A stretch of 64,000 bases of DNA, taken from positions 896,001 through 960,000 of the forward strand of contig CAVWCF010000001.1 in assembly GCA_963753435.1 (NCBI GenBank), in the 5' to 3' direction. Below the pieces are notes generated by a model. The model was given only the letters and a program-made list of their open reading frames with translations. It searched no databases and had not been told where the DNA came from. This DNA is from an uncultured Actinomycetota bacterium (GTDB taxonomy: Bacteria > Actinomycetota > Actinomycetes > CAVWCF01). Shown piece by piece: positions 28,318 through 38,780 of the stretch. Each line of letters opens with the position of its first letter. The first letter of the stretch is position 1. Made by a program: the position numbers and the translations under genes.

Positions 28318-29085
28318 CTAGTCCAGACCGACCCGGCGCGACACCCGACCATGGTCCTGACTGGGTTGCTCCCCTACGGGAATCACCTGCTGCCGGGCAA
28401 CAGCGTCGCGCGGATGGGTGATGCTGACGACGGCGTCCACGTTCCAGCCCGCGGCTCTGGCAGCACGGGCCGCTTCCAGCGCCGTGGAACCGGTGGTGAC
28501 AACGTCATCGACTAGGACCGCGCGGCCGGCACCGCTCGGAGCGCGGGCGCGCAGCGCGCCGTGAACATTGCCCCGCCGATCTGCGGCCCGGAGCCGACTC
28601 TGATCCGGTCCGCCGCGTACCCACTGCAGCGCCAGCGACACCTGCACCCGGATACCCGCGGCGCTGAGGAGCGCCGCAGCACCGAGGGCCAGTTGGACCA
28701 CTGGGTCCTGGGGCCGGCGCAGTCGATTTCGAGGCCGCTGCGGGATCGGGAGCAGCGTCACCGCATCACCCTGGGCGCGATCACACTGGGCCCGATCACA
28801 CTGGGCCCGATCACACTGGGCCCGATCGGAGAGCAGAACCTGGGCCAGCGGTCTGGCCAACGCAGCAGATAACAGCGGGGTCAGGGCGCGCGCCCCGGAC
28901 TCCTTGAGCGCGACGACCATTCGCGAGGCCGGCGGCTCATGTGGCGCAGCCCAGGCGCGCAGCAGCCCGTCGCGGCGTTGCACCTCGACTTCGCAGGCAG
29001 CCATCGCCGCGGCGCAGTCGGCGCATAAGGGTCCGGCCCGCAGTTGGCAGCCCAGACAAGTCGGCTGCAGCAGCGCGTTCCACAC
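28318..29085 (-). CDS. comF: ComF family phosphoribosyltransferase-like protein
   Basis: N-terminal CLGC..CADC, PRPP loop VLVDDVVTTGST. Canonical position between lpqB and hpf. Confidence 0.88.
   Translation of the reverse strand: MWNALLQPTCLGCQLRAGPLCADCAAAMAACEVEVQRRDGLLRAWAAPHEPPASRMVVALKESGARALTPLLSAALARPLAQVLLSDRAQCDRAQCDRAQCDRAQGDAVTLLPIPQRPRNRLRRPQDPVVQLALGAAALLSAAGIRVQVSLALQWVRGGPDQSRLRAADRRGNVHGALRARAPSGAGRAVLVDDVVTTGSTALEAARAARAAGWNVDAVVSITHPRDAVARQQVIPVGEQPSQDHGRVSRRVGLD
28765..28827. repeat. 15-bp tandem repeat, about 4 copies, inside comF
   Basis: ctggg(c/g)ccgatcaca-type units at 28771, 28786, 28801 and partial 28816. Encodes (DRAQC)3-DRAQG. Confidence 0.95.
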
Positions 29086-29185
29086 CCCGAAACGGTCCCC
29101 GGCAACTGAGGGCCGCGCCCGTGGGTTGCGACCCCGGTGGACAGCTCATGGCTGTGATCGGCTGTGTACGGCCCCGATGCGGGCC

Positions 29186-30913
29186 CTAGCCCGGGTAGGC
29201 GACCTCGGTCGCGGATCCCTCCGCACGCCAACCGAAGCCGCGATCCACCCACACCTGCGAGTTGGCGGTTACCGCCAGCAGCGGGCGGGCCGGCGCCGCC
29301 GCGAGGCTGCGTACCTCCGGCAGCGAGCCGGGGGCGGTGACCGCGAAGTTCGGATCGATGAGGAACGGCTCCAGCGTGCCCCGTTCGCTGCGCGCCAACA
29401 CCGCCAGCCGCGTGGCATTGGCCCAACTCACCTGCCGGACGTCGACGAGTTCGGACTCCAGGCGGCGCAGGGCCCCGATCCGGATCCCATCAGCTTCCCG
29501 CTCAATGCGGGCAACGAAGAGCAACCCCCGACCATCCTCCTCGAGGATGACCGCGGCCCGAGCGCCGTCCCGGGCCATCCGGAAGTCCAGGACGCGCCGA
29601 CCCTGCAACTCATCGGCTTCCACCCGCTCGGGCGAACCGCCTAACTGCACCCGCCACACGGCCGCACCGGAACCAGTCCGGTCCACCACCCACACGGTGT
29701 CAAAGGGGTCCCAGGTTGGCCGGGTCAGGTCGGTACCGGAAAGGACCGGCTCGGCCGTGAAGGTCTCCCACTGCCCCACGAGCAGGTCCGGCCCGTTCAA
29801 TGTCGCAGCCGCCGAACCGTCCAGCGACACGGCCACCGATCGCGGCGTCAACGAACCATCACCCAACGGACCGGGAACCGGCTCGGCGGAATCCCCGACG
29901 CCGGACACCAGCGCCCCGTCCACCACCGCGTAAGCAGTCGCGTCGGCGGGCAGGCCGTCGGGATCGAAGGAGGGCCAGGCGTCGCGGCTTTGCACTTCGT
30001 CAGCACCGGGGACAGCAAGGGCGGAATCCCCGGCGCGGATTCGCACACCAGTGACCTCGGGCAACTGGCGCAGGGTCCAAACCAGTTGTGCCGACAACTG
30101 CCTGCGCGCTTCCGGCCCGGCGCTGAGTACGTCCGCGGACAACTGCACGGTGGCAATACCGTCGGCGATCGGGGCGGCCGCCGCGGTCAGTGACGTGCCC
30201 GGGGGGAACGCGGTAGTGACCGCCGGATCCAGCCACGGAGTCGGCCCGGCCAACAGGGCGCGGACCAAGGTCGTCGAAACCCCGGGCAGCGCGGCCGGAA
30301 CGACCACGTTGTCAGGCACCAGACGCACGCCAGAGGCGTCGACGAACATCAGGCTGAACGAGCGGAAGGCGCGGGCCACGTCCAGCGTCGAGAGCAGCAG
30401 GCCGCTGGGCAGTCGACTGATGCGCCACTCCCCGTCGACCTGCCGCAGGTCGTAATCGGCCCGGACCTGCGCGCCGGCGCCCGAGGCCGCGTACTCGCCG
30501 CGGCCGGAGATCTTGGCGACCTCGCCGGCGGTCAAAGCCACGGCGACTTCGGACGACTCGGTCAGGTCCAGGCTGGTCGGGTCATACACGACCGTGCCGA
30601 TCGATGTGTCCCACGCCTCCCGGATCTCCGGCGCCAAGTACTGGCGGGCAACCTCATGGTTGGACTCGAAGGCGGCCGAGGCAGCCAGGAAACCCTCCAC
30701 GATCTGCATCTGATCCGCCCCCGGCGCCGGCGGCCGCGCCAGGACCCGGATGAAGGCGCCGGCCTCGCGATCACCGCCAACCGCCTCACCCTGCCGGACC
30801 GGGCTGCTGGTGGGAATGGCCGCGCATCCGGTGAGGAGGACCGCCGCCGCGGCCACCAGCGCGACCAACGTCCAAGCCGGTCGGCGAGCCCAGCCGCCGC
30901 CGATGGCGTTCAC
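29186..30913 (-). CDS. lpqB: Lipoprotein LpqB
   Basis: Lipobox LLTGC, IVEGFL, GEWRI..LP.G, GerMN-like LLAGP..WL, C-terminal propeller. Follows mtrB. Confidence 0.93.
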   Translation of the reverse strand: MNAIGGGWARRPAWTLVALVAAAAVLLTGCAAIPTSSPVRQGEAVGGDREAGAFIRVLARPPAPGADQMQIVEGFLAASAAFESNHEVARQYLAPEIREAWDTSIGTVVYDPTSLDLTESSEVAVALTAGEVAKISGRGEYAASGAGAQVRADYDLRQVDGEWRISRLPSGLLLSTLDVARAFRSFSLMFVDASGVRLVPDNVVVPAALPGVSTTLVRALLAGPTPWLDPAVTTAFPPGTSLTAAAAPIADGIATVQLSADVLSAGPEARRQLSAQLVWTLRQLPEVTGVRIRAGDSALAVPGADEVQSRDAWPSFDPDGLPADATAYAVVDGALVSGVGDSAEPVPGPLGDGSLTPRSVAVSLDGSAAATLNGPDLLVGQWETFTAEPVLSGTDLTRPTWDPFDTVWVVDRTGSGAAVWRVQLGGSPERVEADELQGRRVLDFRMARDGARAAVILEEDGRGLLFVARIEREADGIRIGALRRLESELVDVRQVSWANATRLAVLARSERGTLEPFLIDPNFAVTAPGSLPEVRSLAAAPARPLLAVTANSQVWVDRGFGWRAEGSATEVAYPG

Positions 30914-32568
30914 GTTGCGGCCCGTCCCGCGGCTGCCGACGCCGCCGACGCCGACTTGTCGTCTCCTTCGGCGTCCTCCGGCAGCAGCGGCAGCGGTGAT
31001 GACTGCAGGTCCACGCCGGCTCGTTGCGGCAGGGTGAGCCGGAAGTGGGCGCCCCGGCCGGGCTCACCCCACGCCTGCAGCCAGCCGCCGTGCAAGCGGG
31101 CATCCTCCAGCGCGATCGCCAACCCCAGTCCGGTGCCACCGGTGTTCCGCGCCCGAGCCGGGTCTGCCCGCCAGAAGCGATTGAAGACCAGCGACGACTC
31201 CCCCGGACGCAGACCCACGCCGTAGTCGCGAACTCCGATCGCGGCAGCACCATCACCGGTTGCCACCGTAACTACGACATCTCGACCCTCGCCGTGCTCG
31301 ATGGCGTTGACGACAAGATTGCGCAGGATTCGGTCAACACGCCTGGAGTCCACTTCGGCCAGACATGGCCGCTCGGGCACCTGCAGGCGCACGGACGTGG
31401 AACGCCTGGCGGCTAGGGGTTCGCAGCCTTCAGCCACCCGTCGCGCCAGCGACCGTAGATCGATCTGCTCCCGCTCCAGGATCACCGCTCCGGCATCGTG
31501 CCGACTGATTTCCAGCAGATCCGAGAGCAGCGCCTCGAAGCGGTCGAGCTGGTCCTGCAGCAACTCCGCCGAGCGGCGAGTCCCGTCATCGAAGGAGTCG
31601 CTGGCCTCGTGCAATACATCCGCGGCCATTCGAACCGTGGTCAGTGGCGTGCGCAGTTCGTGGGAGACGTCGGACACGAATCGCCGTTGCACCCGCGACA
31701 GGTCCTCCAGCTGGCGGATCTGCCGCTCCAGACTGGCGGCCATCTGATTGAACGACGTCGCCAGCCGGGTCAAGTCGTCTTCACCGGATACCACCATGCG
31801 CTCCGACAGCCGACCGGCGGAGAACTCCTCTGCGATGCGCGCCGCCTTTCGCACCGGGTCGGTCACCTGACGTGTCACCAGCCAAGCGATGCCACCGAGA
31901 ACCAGCAGCAGGACGACACCAGCAGCGATCAGGGTGCGTTGCACCAGCGCGAGCGTCGATTCCTCCGCCCCCAGCGGGAAGAGGTAGTACAACTCGTAGC
32001 CCGGGGTGCCGGTCACGGCTAGTGGGGCGCCGACAACGATCCCGGCGGCGGCATCGCGGACACCGCCGAACGTGATGGTGGAGTAGGCGTAGCTCTGTAC
32101 CTGGCTGGCGCGAACGGCCTCGCGCAACTCCTCCGGGACTGAGTCCGAAAGCACCAGGTTCGACCCACGCTCAGGGGCGCCCGACGACTCCGTCGACAAC
32201 AGCAGCACTTCGAACAGCGGCGGCTGTCCGGCCCGGTCGGCCAGATCCGTGGCGATCTGATCGACGAGCAGGTCGAGGCTGGCGGCGTCAGTGCGGTCCG
32301 CGGCGTCCACCAATGCCTGCGCCTGGGTCAGTCCGGCGCGCGCGGTGTCCAGACTCTGGCGCTCCTTGGCCTGCAGCAAGCCGGTCTGCACCCGGGTCAG
32401 CAGCACCTGCCCGAGGACCAGCACGACCACCACGCTCAGCCCCACGGCAGCGGCCACGACGCGGATAGTGAGCGATCGACGCCACAAGGACGTCACCCGC
32501 GCCAGCAGACCGGCGGTCCCCGGGGAGATCCATCGTGTCGGGCCGTCCCCCGAGCGAGCCGCCATCAA
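30910..32568 (-). CDS. mtrB: Sensor histidine kinase MtrB
   Basis: Two TMs, HAMP, FVSDVSHELRTPLTT, RFWRADPARAR.TGGTGLGLAI. Confidence 0.96.
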   Translation of the reverse strand: MMAARSGDGPTRWISPGTAGLLARVTSLWRRSLTIRVVAAAVGLSVVVVLVLGQVLLTRVQTGLLQAKERQSLDTARAGLTQAQALVDAADRTDAASLDLLVDQIATDLADRAGQPPLFEVLLLSTESSGAPERGSNLVLSDSVPEELREAVRASQVQSYAYSTITFGGVRDAAAGIVVGAPLAVTGTPGYELYYLFPLGAEESTLALVQRTLIAAGVVLLLVLGGIAWLVTRQVTDPVRKAARIAEEFSAGRLSERMVVSGEDDLTRLATSFNQMAASLERQIRQLEDLSRVQRRFVSDVSHELRTPLTTVRMAADVLHEASDSFDDGTRRSAELLQDQLDRFEALLSDLLEISRHDAGAVILEREQIDLRSLARRVAEGCEPLAARRSTSVRLQVPERPCLAEVDSRRVDRILRNLVVNAIEHGEGRDVVVTVATGDGAAAIGVRDYGVGLRPGESSLVFNRFWRADPARARNTGGTGLGLAIALEDARLHGGWLQAWGEPGRGAHFRLTLPQRAGVDLQSSPLPLLPEDAEGDDKSASAASAAAGRAAT

Positions 32569-33266
32569 CTCGAACGCGCCGAGGTCTCCGTCGGCGCTGC
32601 TGCCTTGTAGCCGACCCCGCGCACGGTCAGGACGAGCGCGGGGTGCTCGGGGTCATGCTCGACCTTGGCGCGCAGTCGTTGGACGTGGACATTCACCAGC
32701 CGGGTGTCGGCCGCATGCCGATAACCCCAAACCTGCTCAAGCAGCACTTCGCGGGAGAAGACCTGACCGGGCTTGCGCGCCAGCGCGAGCAGCAGGTCGT
32801 ACTCCAACGGGGTCAAGTTGATCGAAACACCTTCCCTGCTGACCTCATGTCCGGCGACATCAATGGACAAGTCGCCGAGCGTGATCAGCTCCGAACCCGT
32901 CGGACGGTCGCTGCGCAACCGCGCCCGCATCCGAGCGACCAGCTCCTTGGGCTTGAACGGCTTGACGATGTAGTCGTCGGCACCGCTTTCCAATCCGAGA
33001 ACCACGTCCACGGTGTCCGTCTTGGCCGTCAGCATCACGATCGGGATGCCGGACTCGGCTCGAATCTGCCGGCACACGTCGATGCCGTCGGTGCCGGGCA
33101 GCATCAGGTCCAACAGCACCAGGTCCGGCTGGGCGTCGCGGAAGGCGGCCAGCGCCTTGTCACCGTCCGCGCAGAAGGAGGGCGCGAAACCTTCCCCCCG
33201 CAGCACGATGCCGAGCATCTCCGCCAGGGCTGGGTCGTCATCCACCACGAGAACTCGTGCCTGCAT
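32565..33266 (-). CDS. mtrA: Response regulator MtrA
   Basis: VLVVDDDPALAEMLGIVL, LLDLMLPG, VWGYRHAADTRLVNVHVQRLRAKVE. Start is ATG 33266 or 33275. Confidence 0.97.
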   Translation of the reverse strand: MQARVLVVDDDPALAEMLGIVLRGEGFAPSFCADGDKALAAFRDAQPDLVLLDLMLPGTDGIDVCRQIRAESGIPIVMLTAKTDTVDVVLGLESGADDYIVKPFKPKELVARMRARLRSDRPTGSELITLGDLSIDVAGHEVSREGVSINLTPLEYDLLLALARKPGQVFSREVLLEQVWGYRHAADTRLVNVHVQRLRAKVEHDPEHPALVLTVRGVGYKAAAPTETSARSS

Positions 33267-33349
33267 GGCATTCATGTTCCCACCCGATGCAAGCGCCGAC
33301 GCGCAACCGCCCCTGCCGCGCCGCCGCGAAGCCGTGTGAGGATCGCCCA

Positions 33350-34306
33350 ATGAGCCAGCCAACTCAGGCCTGGGGGCCTTGGCCGGACGGGGACGCCGGG
33401 GGCCAATGGCCGGCTTCGGACCGACCCGACCACCCCCCGGCCCAGGTCGACGGCGGCCGGCCGGTCGGGGAGATCCTCGAGGGCGCCATCAAGACGGTGC
33501 TGAGCGGACCCCGCGTGCTCGTCGGCGGTGCGTTGCTGGTGGTAGGCGGGGTACAGGCAATCGTGCTGGTGACGGTGTGGTTGCTGGCCGGCAATATCGA
33601 CTTCACCGACGCAAGCGTTACCGCTGCCGAAGTCGCACGACTGAGCGCGGCGGCAGCCGTGGCCGTACTCGGGTCCTGGACCGTGTCGGTTGCCATGACC
33701 GGGCTGGGGGCTGCCGCTGCCGCGGAGTGGACAGCAGGACGTCCGATCACGCTCGCGGCCGTAGCGCCGCGGATTCGACGACGGCTCGGGCGGCTGATCC
33801 TGGCGCTGATCGTCGCCGTCGGATTGCCGCTGGGCGTGGGGATCACCGTCGCTGCCGCGGCAGTGCTGCTGGCCATCACCGTCGGGGGGATCGCCGGCTC
33901 GCTGATCGGCGTGGTCGGGGTGTCCGTGGGGATCGGGGCTGGTCTGTGGCTGGCCATCCGGCTGGTGCTGTCCCCGGTCGCAGCCGTGCTGGGTTCGGCA
34001 GGCGCCGCCGTGGCGGTGCGCGAGTCGTGGGGCGTGACCCGGAGGCACTTCTGGCGCGTCCTGGGTTTCATCGTGCTCAACGTGCTACTTACGCAGACCG
34101 TCACCGCTGTCGTGGCCGCGCCCCTGGGCGTGATCGTGTCGGAGAACCCCGAGGCGTTCAGCGGCGCAGCGGTGATCGGCGGCGCGGTCACCTCTGCGGT
34201 GGCGGTGACGCTGACCGCCCCGTTCACCGCCTGCGTTACCGCTTTGCTCTTCCTGGACCTGCGGGACCGGAACGGATCGACTCAGCCGCGGCCATCCGTG
34301 GGCTAG
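33350..34306 (+). CDS. Integral membrane protein (GDPD membrane-domain-like)
   Basis: [10 protein letters not shown], about 6 TMs, [23 protein letters not shown]. Family commonly divergent from mtrA. Confidence 0.8.
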   Translation: MSQPTQAWGPWPDGDAGGQWPASDRPDHPPAQVDGGRPVGEILEGAIKTVLSGPRVLVGGALLVVGGVQAIVLVTVWLLAGNIDFTDASVTAAEVARLSAAAAVAVLGSWTVSVAMTGLGAAAAAEWTAGRPITLAAVAPRIRRRLGRLILALIVAVGLPLGVGITVAAAAVLLAITVGGIAGSLIGVVGVSVGIGAGLWLAIRLVLSPVAAVLGSAGAAVAVRESWGVTRRHFWRVLGFIVLNVLLTQTVTAVVAAPLGVIVSENPEAFSGAAVIGGAVTSAVAVTLTAPFTACVTALLFLDLRDRNGSTQPRPSVG

Positions 34307-35736
34307 TAGCGGTAGTGCTCCGGCTTGTACGGCCCCTCCACCGGCAACCCGAGGTAGGCGGCCTGCTCCTTGGTCATCTCGGTCAGGCGAACACCCAGCG
34401 CCGGTAGGTGATACCGAGCAACCCGTTCGTCCAGGGTCTTCGGCAGCGTGTAGACGCCGAGGGGGTACGCGTCCGGACGCGTGAACATCTCGATCTGCGC
34501 GATCACCTGGTTGGTGAACGAGTTGCTCATCACGAAACTCGGGTGGCCGGTCGCGTTGCCCAGGTTCAGCAGACGTCCTTCGCTCAACACGATGACGGCG
34601 TGGCCGTCCGGGAAATGCCAGGCATCCACCTGCGGCTTGATGTTCTCGTGCCGGATCCCCGCCGTGGCAGCAAGGCCGGCCATGTCGATCTCGTTGTCGA
34701 AGTGCCCGATGTTGCCGACGATCGCCTGATGCTTCATCGCCGCCATGTGGGCAGCCGTGATGACGTCGCGGTTGCCGGTGGCAGTGATGAAGATGTCGGC
34801 CTTGTCCACAACATCATCGATCGTCAGGACCTCATAGCCATCCATGGCCGCCTGCAAAGCGCAGATGGGGTCGATCTCGGTGACCACGACCTTGGCGCCC
34901 TGACCACGAAGGGCGTCAGCGCACCCCTTGCCCACGTCGCCGTATCCGCAGACGACGGCGGTCTTGCCACCGATGAGTACGTCCGTTGCCCGGTTGATGC
35001 CGTCAAGCAACGAGTGTCGGCAGCCATAGCGGTTGTCGAACTTGCTCTTGGTGACGGAGTCGTTGACGTTGATGGCCGGGAACAGCAACTGCCCGTCGCG
35101 AAGCATCTGGTACAGCCGGTGCACGCCCGTGGTCGTTTCCTCGGTAACACCCCGCACACCGTCGGCGATCCGACTCCACTTGCCCGGGTCAACGCCCTGG
35201 GCTGCCCGGAGGACGTCAAGCACGACGCGGTACTCCTCGGAGTCATCGCTGGTCGGCTGCGGCACCTGCCCGGCCTTCTCGAACTCCACACCCTTGTGCA
35301 GTAGCAGGGTCGCGTCGCCGCCGTCGTCGAGGATCATGTTGGGCCCGGCGCCGTCCGGCCAGGCGAGGATCTGCTCGGTGCACCACCAGTACTCCGGCAG
35401 GGTCTCGCCCTTCCAGGCAAAGACCGGCACGCCGGCCGGCTGCTCCGGCGTACCGGAGCCCACGACCACCGCGGCGGCCGCCTGATCCTGGGTCGAGAAG
35501 ATGTTGCAGGAGGCCCAGCGGACCTCCGCCCCCAACGCCGTCAATGTCTCGATCAGCACCGCGGTCTGCACCGTCATGTGCAGGGATCCCGCGATGCGCG
35601 CGCCCGCGAGCGGCTTGGTGTCGCCCAGTTCGGCTCGCATTGCCATCAGGCCCGGCATCTCGTGCTCGGCCAACCTGATCTCCTTGCGGCCGAACTCGGC
35701 CAGAGCCAGATCTGCAACCTTGAAATCGAATCCCAC
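34303..35736 (-). CDS. ahcY: Adenosylhomocysteinase
   Basis: [55 protein letters not shown]. Confidence 0.99.
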   Translation of the reverse strand: MGFDFKVADLALAEFGRKEIRLAEHEMPGLMAMRAELGDTKPLAGARIAGSLHMTVQTAVLIETLTALGAEVRWASCNIFSTQDQAAAAVVVGSGTPEQPAGVPVFAWKGETLPEYWWCTEQILAWPDGAGPNMILDDGGDATLLLHKGVEFEKAGQVPQPTSDDSEEYRVVLDVLRAAQGVDPGKWSRIADGVRGVTEETTTGVHRLYQMLRDGQLLFPAINVNDSVTKSKFDNRYGCRHSLLDGINRATDVLIGGKTAVVCGYGDVGKGCADALRGQGAKVVVTEIDPICALQAAMDGYEVLTIDDVVDKADIFITATGNRDVITAAHMAAMKHQAIVGNIGHFDNEIDMAGLAATAGIRHENIKPQVDAWHFPDGHAVIVLSEGRLLNLGNATGHPSFVMSNSFTNQVIAQIEMFTRPDAYPLGVYTLPKTLDERVARYHLPALGVRLTEMTKEQAAYLGLPVEGPYKPEHYRY

Positions 35737-35775
35737 CGGGACCTCCGCGTCGATGAACTGCCGAGAGCGTACGCG

Positions 35776-36891
35776 TTAGGGCTGGTCCGAGCTCACGATG
35801 AGGACCGTGCCGGAGCCGGAGACAGCCAGCCGGCCCGTGGCATCCGCATAGCCGGCCTGGCCGCGGGCCAGGCCAACGCCGTCAACTTCTACGTGCCCGT
35901 CGACGCAGAGCACCAGGGTCGCGCCACCGGCAGGCACAGCCAGTCCGGTGTTGGACGGCCGCGCGATGTGTACGCCGAACAATCCCTCATGGGCGGTCAG
36001 GGATTCCAGACCCGGGGTCTGCGTCCGCGGCCGCTGCACGCTCCATTCGGCGTCGGGCCGCAAGACCTGCAGCAGCGCTGGCACGTCGACGTGCTTGCTG
36101 GTGAGGCCGCCGCGCAGCACGTTGTCGCTGGCACCCATCACCTCCACACCCGATCCGGCCAGATAGGCGTGCAGCACTCCCGGGCGCAGTACCAACGCCG
36201 AACCGGAGTCCAGCCGGACCAAGTTCAGCAGCAGCGCAGCCAGCAGCCCCCGGTCACCCGGGTAGCTCTGGCCGATCCGCGCCAACCAGCCGCACTCCGC
36301 CGCCCAAGGGCTAGTGGCAGCGACTGCCGCGGCGGCGGTCGCAACCTCACCGGGCACCGACGCCGGAGCGAACTCAAGACTCCACCGCAGGGAGTCGGCA
36401 AGGACGTCGTCGGCCGGGCCGGGACCAGTTGCAGACAGCAGTTGCTGCAGAGGAGCCAGGGCCGGCACTTCCAGTTCCCCCAGCAGGTCAACCGTCGCGG
36501 CGGGGTTACGGAACCCGCACAGCGCCTCGACGGGTGTCAGGGCCCAGAGCAGTTCCGGCTTGCCGTGCCGGTCGCGGTAGTTGCGCTCGGCCGCGTCCCG
36601 CGGAATGCCCAAAGCTTCTTCCGCCGCGAAGCCCGCAGTCGCCTGGTCCCGATCCGGGTGCGTCTGGATGGACAACGGTTCCGCCGCCGACAACACCTTG
36701 ACCAGGAACGGCAACTCGCCCGCCACCTCGGCGAGCGCGCGGCCGTCCCGAAGCCGCGATGGGTGCGCCGGATGCGTCCCCAGCCACAACTCCGCCCATG
36801 GTCGCCCGTCGGGGTCGCTGCCGAGAAGCCGTGGCAGGAAGTCCGGGCTACCCCACTGGTAGTGGGCGACCTCGCCCGATATCAGATGCAC
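35776..36891 (-). CDS. manA: Mannose-6-phosphate isomerase, class I
   Basis: YQWGS, AELWLGTH, LSIQTHP, KPEL, HAYL.G.GVEVMGASDNVLRGGLT.KH. Confidence 0.95.
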   Translation of the reverse strand: MHLISGEVAHYQWGSPDFLPRLLGSDPDGRPWAELWLGTHPAHPSRLRDGRALAEVAGELPFLVKVLSAAEPLSIQTHPDRDQATAGFAAEEALGIPRDAAERNYRDRHGKPELLWALTPVEALCGFRNPAATVDLLGELEVPALAPLQQLLSATGPGPADDVLADSLRWSLEFAPASVPGEVATAAAAVAATSPWAAECGWLARIGQSYPGDRGLLAALLLNLVRLDSGSALVLRPGVLHAYLAGSGVEVMGASDNVLRGGLTSKHVDVPALLQVLRPDAEWSVQRPRTQTPGLESLTAHEGLFGVHIARPSNTGLAVPAGGATLVLCVDGHVEVDGVGLARGQAGYADATGRLAVSGSGTVLIVSSDQP

Positions 36892-36923
36892 GGGTGCTCA
36901 CCAGCCGTGACCGCGAGCGCTGC

Positions 36924-37127
36924 TCACTCCGCCGCCACGTCGACTCCGACGCCGTTGGGGCCAGGAGTCGCCTCCTCCAGCAGCATGACGGGGATGCCGT
37001 CGCGGATGGGAAACGTTGTCGCGCACACATCACAGGTGATGACCGCCGCTGCTTCATCGGCAGTCACCGGGGCGTGGCGCTGGCACGGGCAGGCCAGCAC
37101 TTCCAGGAGGACCGGATCCAGTGCCAT
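36924..37127 (-). CDS. Trm112-like small protein
   Basis: LLEVLACP...C..C...FPIRDGIPVMLLEEA. Confidence 0.92.
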   Translation of the reverse strand: MALDPVLLEVLACPCQRHAPVTADEAAAVITCDVCATTFPIRDGIPVMLLEEATPGPNGVGVDVAAE

Positions 37128-37128
37128 G

Positions 37129-38478
37129 TCAGGAATCCTCCCCCACCAAATCGAGCACCCGGTCGCGAATACCGGCCATGGTTGCCTCGTCCACCCCTTC
37201 GACGTTCAAGCGCAGCAGCGGCTCGGTGTTACTCGGGCGCAGGTTGAACCACCAGTCTTCAGCCGTCACCGTAAGACCGTCGAGATCGTCGATCTGCTCG
37301 CCGCTGAACTGCGCTGCCACCGCCTGCTGGGTGCCACCCGCATCTGCGACCCGGCGATTGATCTCGCCGCTGGCCGAGTAGCGCTGGAACTGCGCGAACA
37401 CCTCAGACGCGGCGCCGGCTCGGCCCACGGCCGCGATGGCGTGCAGCGCGGCCAGCATGCCGGAGTCGGCGCGCCAGAAGTCACGGAAGTAGAAGTGCCC
37501 GGAGTGCTCGCCACCGAAAACGGCTCCGGTTTCGGCCATCAACGCCTTGATGAACGAATGCCCCACGCGGCTGCGTACCGGCTGGCCCCCGTTCTCGGTG
37601 ACGATCTCGGGCACCGCTCGGGACGTGATCAGGTTGTGAATGATGCTGGCCCCAGGGTGTCGCTTCAGTTCGGCTACCGCGATGAGCGCCGTCAGCGTGC
37701 TCGGTGACACGATCGCGCCGGTCTCGTCGATGACGAAGCAGCGGTCGGCGTCGCCGTCGAAGGCCAGCCCGAGGTCAGCGCCGCCGGCCACCACTGCCTG
37801 CCGCAGATCGACCAGGTTGGCCGGGTCGATCGGGTTCGCCTCGTGGTTGGGGAAACTGCCGTCCAACTCGAAGTACATGGCTTCGACGTCCAGTTGCGGG
37901 ACCGAGCCGAGCACCGCGGGCACCGTGTGCCCAGCCATGCCGTTGCCGGCGTCCACGACCACCCGCAGCGGACGAATGCCGTCAAGGCTGACGAGGCCGA
38001 GCAGGTACTTCGCGTAGTCGCCGAGGACATCCCGGTGGCTGGTGGTGCCGGGCGTCGCGGCAGTCGGCGGCAAGGAACCTGATTCGACCATCCGCCGCAG
38101 GTCCGTCAGCCCCGAGTCCTGCCCGATCGGGGCCGCGCCCTTACGACATAACTTGATCCCGTTGTACTTGGCCGGGTTGTGACTGGCGGTGAACATCGCG
38201 CCGGGCAGGTCCAGGTGGCCGGAGGCGAAGTACAACTGGTCCGTTGCCGCCAGGCCGATGTGCACGACGTTCTTGCCCCGGCTGGCGACTCCAGCAGCAA
38301 AAGCTTCAGCCAACTGTGGAGATGTGGGCCGCATGTCCTGGCCGATGACCACCGCCTCGGCATCCGGAATCAGCGCGGTGAATGCCGCCCCGAGCTGCTC
38401 GGCGAGGTCGGCGTCCCAGTCGTCGGGGACAACGCCCCGCACGTCGTAGGCCTTGATCAGGTGCGACAGGTCGGACAC
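37129..38478 (-). CDS. manB: Phosphomannomutase/phosphoglucomutase
   Basis: KAYDVRG, TASHNP, FDGDADR, GGEHSGH, LRPSNTEP. TACGCT 7 nt before GTG. Confidence 0.95.
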   Translation of the reverse strand: MSDLSHLIKAYDVRGVVPDDWDADLAEQLGAAFTALIPDAEAVVIGQDMRPTSPQLAEAFAAGVASRGKNVVHIGLAATDQLYFASGHLDLPGAMFTASHNPAKYNGIKLCRKGAAPIGQDSGLTDLRRMVESGSLPPTAATPGTTSHRDVLGDYAKYLLGLVSLDGIRPLRVVVDAGNGMAGHTVPAVLGSVPQLDVEAMYFELDGSFPNHEANPIDPANLVDLRQAVVAGGADLGLAFDGDADRCFVIDETGAIVSPSTLTALIAVAELKRHPGASIIHNLITSRAVPEIVTENGGQPVRSRVGHSFIKALMAETGAVFGGEHSGHFYFRDFWRADSGMLAALHAIAAVGRAGAASEVFAQFQRYSASGEINRRVADAGGTQQAVAAQFSGEQIDDLDGLTVTAEDWWFNLRPSNTEPLLRLNVEGVDEATMAGIRDRVLDLVGEDS

Positions 38479-38503
38479 GCGCCGGAGCGTAGTGCCGGTG
38501 GTG

Positions 38504-38731
38504 CTACTGCTTGCGCGTGCGCTGCAGCACCTCTTCGACCTCGAGCTCGCCGTCCGGGCCGACCCAGGCGCGGTGTTCGCACTGGCGGCAGGAGACGAAG
38601 GTGACCTCGGTCCCGTCGGTCAGGGTCATCCCAAGAACGGTCGTTCGCGAACTCCGGCAGGCACCGCAGACAGCGGGTGTGGACGTGACTACGACCGAAC
38701 CAAGGGGTTCGTCGCGTTGCTTGGTTGCCAT
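38504..38731 (-). CDS. 75-aa zinc-ribbon hypothetical protein
   Basis: ATG 38731 with GGAGGT SD. CGAC-x22-CRQC. Hidden at the end of the 198-aa ORF in the track. Confidence 0.75.
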   Translation of the reverse strand: MATKQRDEPLGSVVVTSTPAVCGACRSSRTTVLGMTLTDGTEVTFVSCRQCEHRAWVGPDGELEVEEVLQRTRKQ

Positions 38732-38780
38732 GGGCACCTCCGGGGGAAGACGGACGGTACGGGTCGGTTTGCGGACTGAA

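Noticed and set aside
28765-28827. CRISPR-like repeats
   Set aside because: The 15-bp units are contiguous with no spacers, lie in frame in a CDS, and there are no cas genes.
35737-35775. SAH riboswitch upstream of ahcY
   Set aside because: The gap is only 39 bp, holding a TACGCT -10 and a GGAGG SD. There is no room for the aptamer and no motif match.
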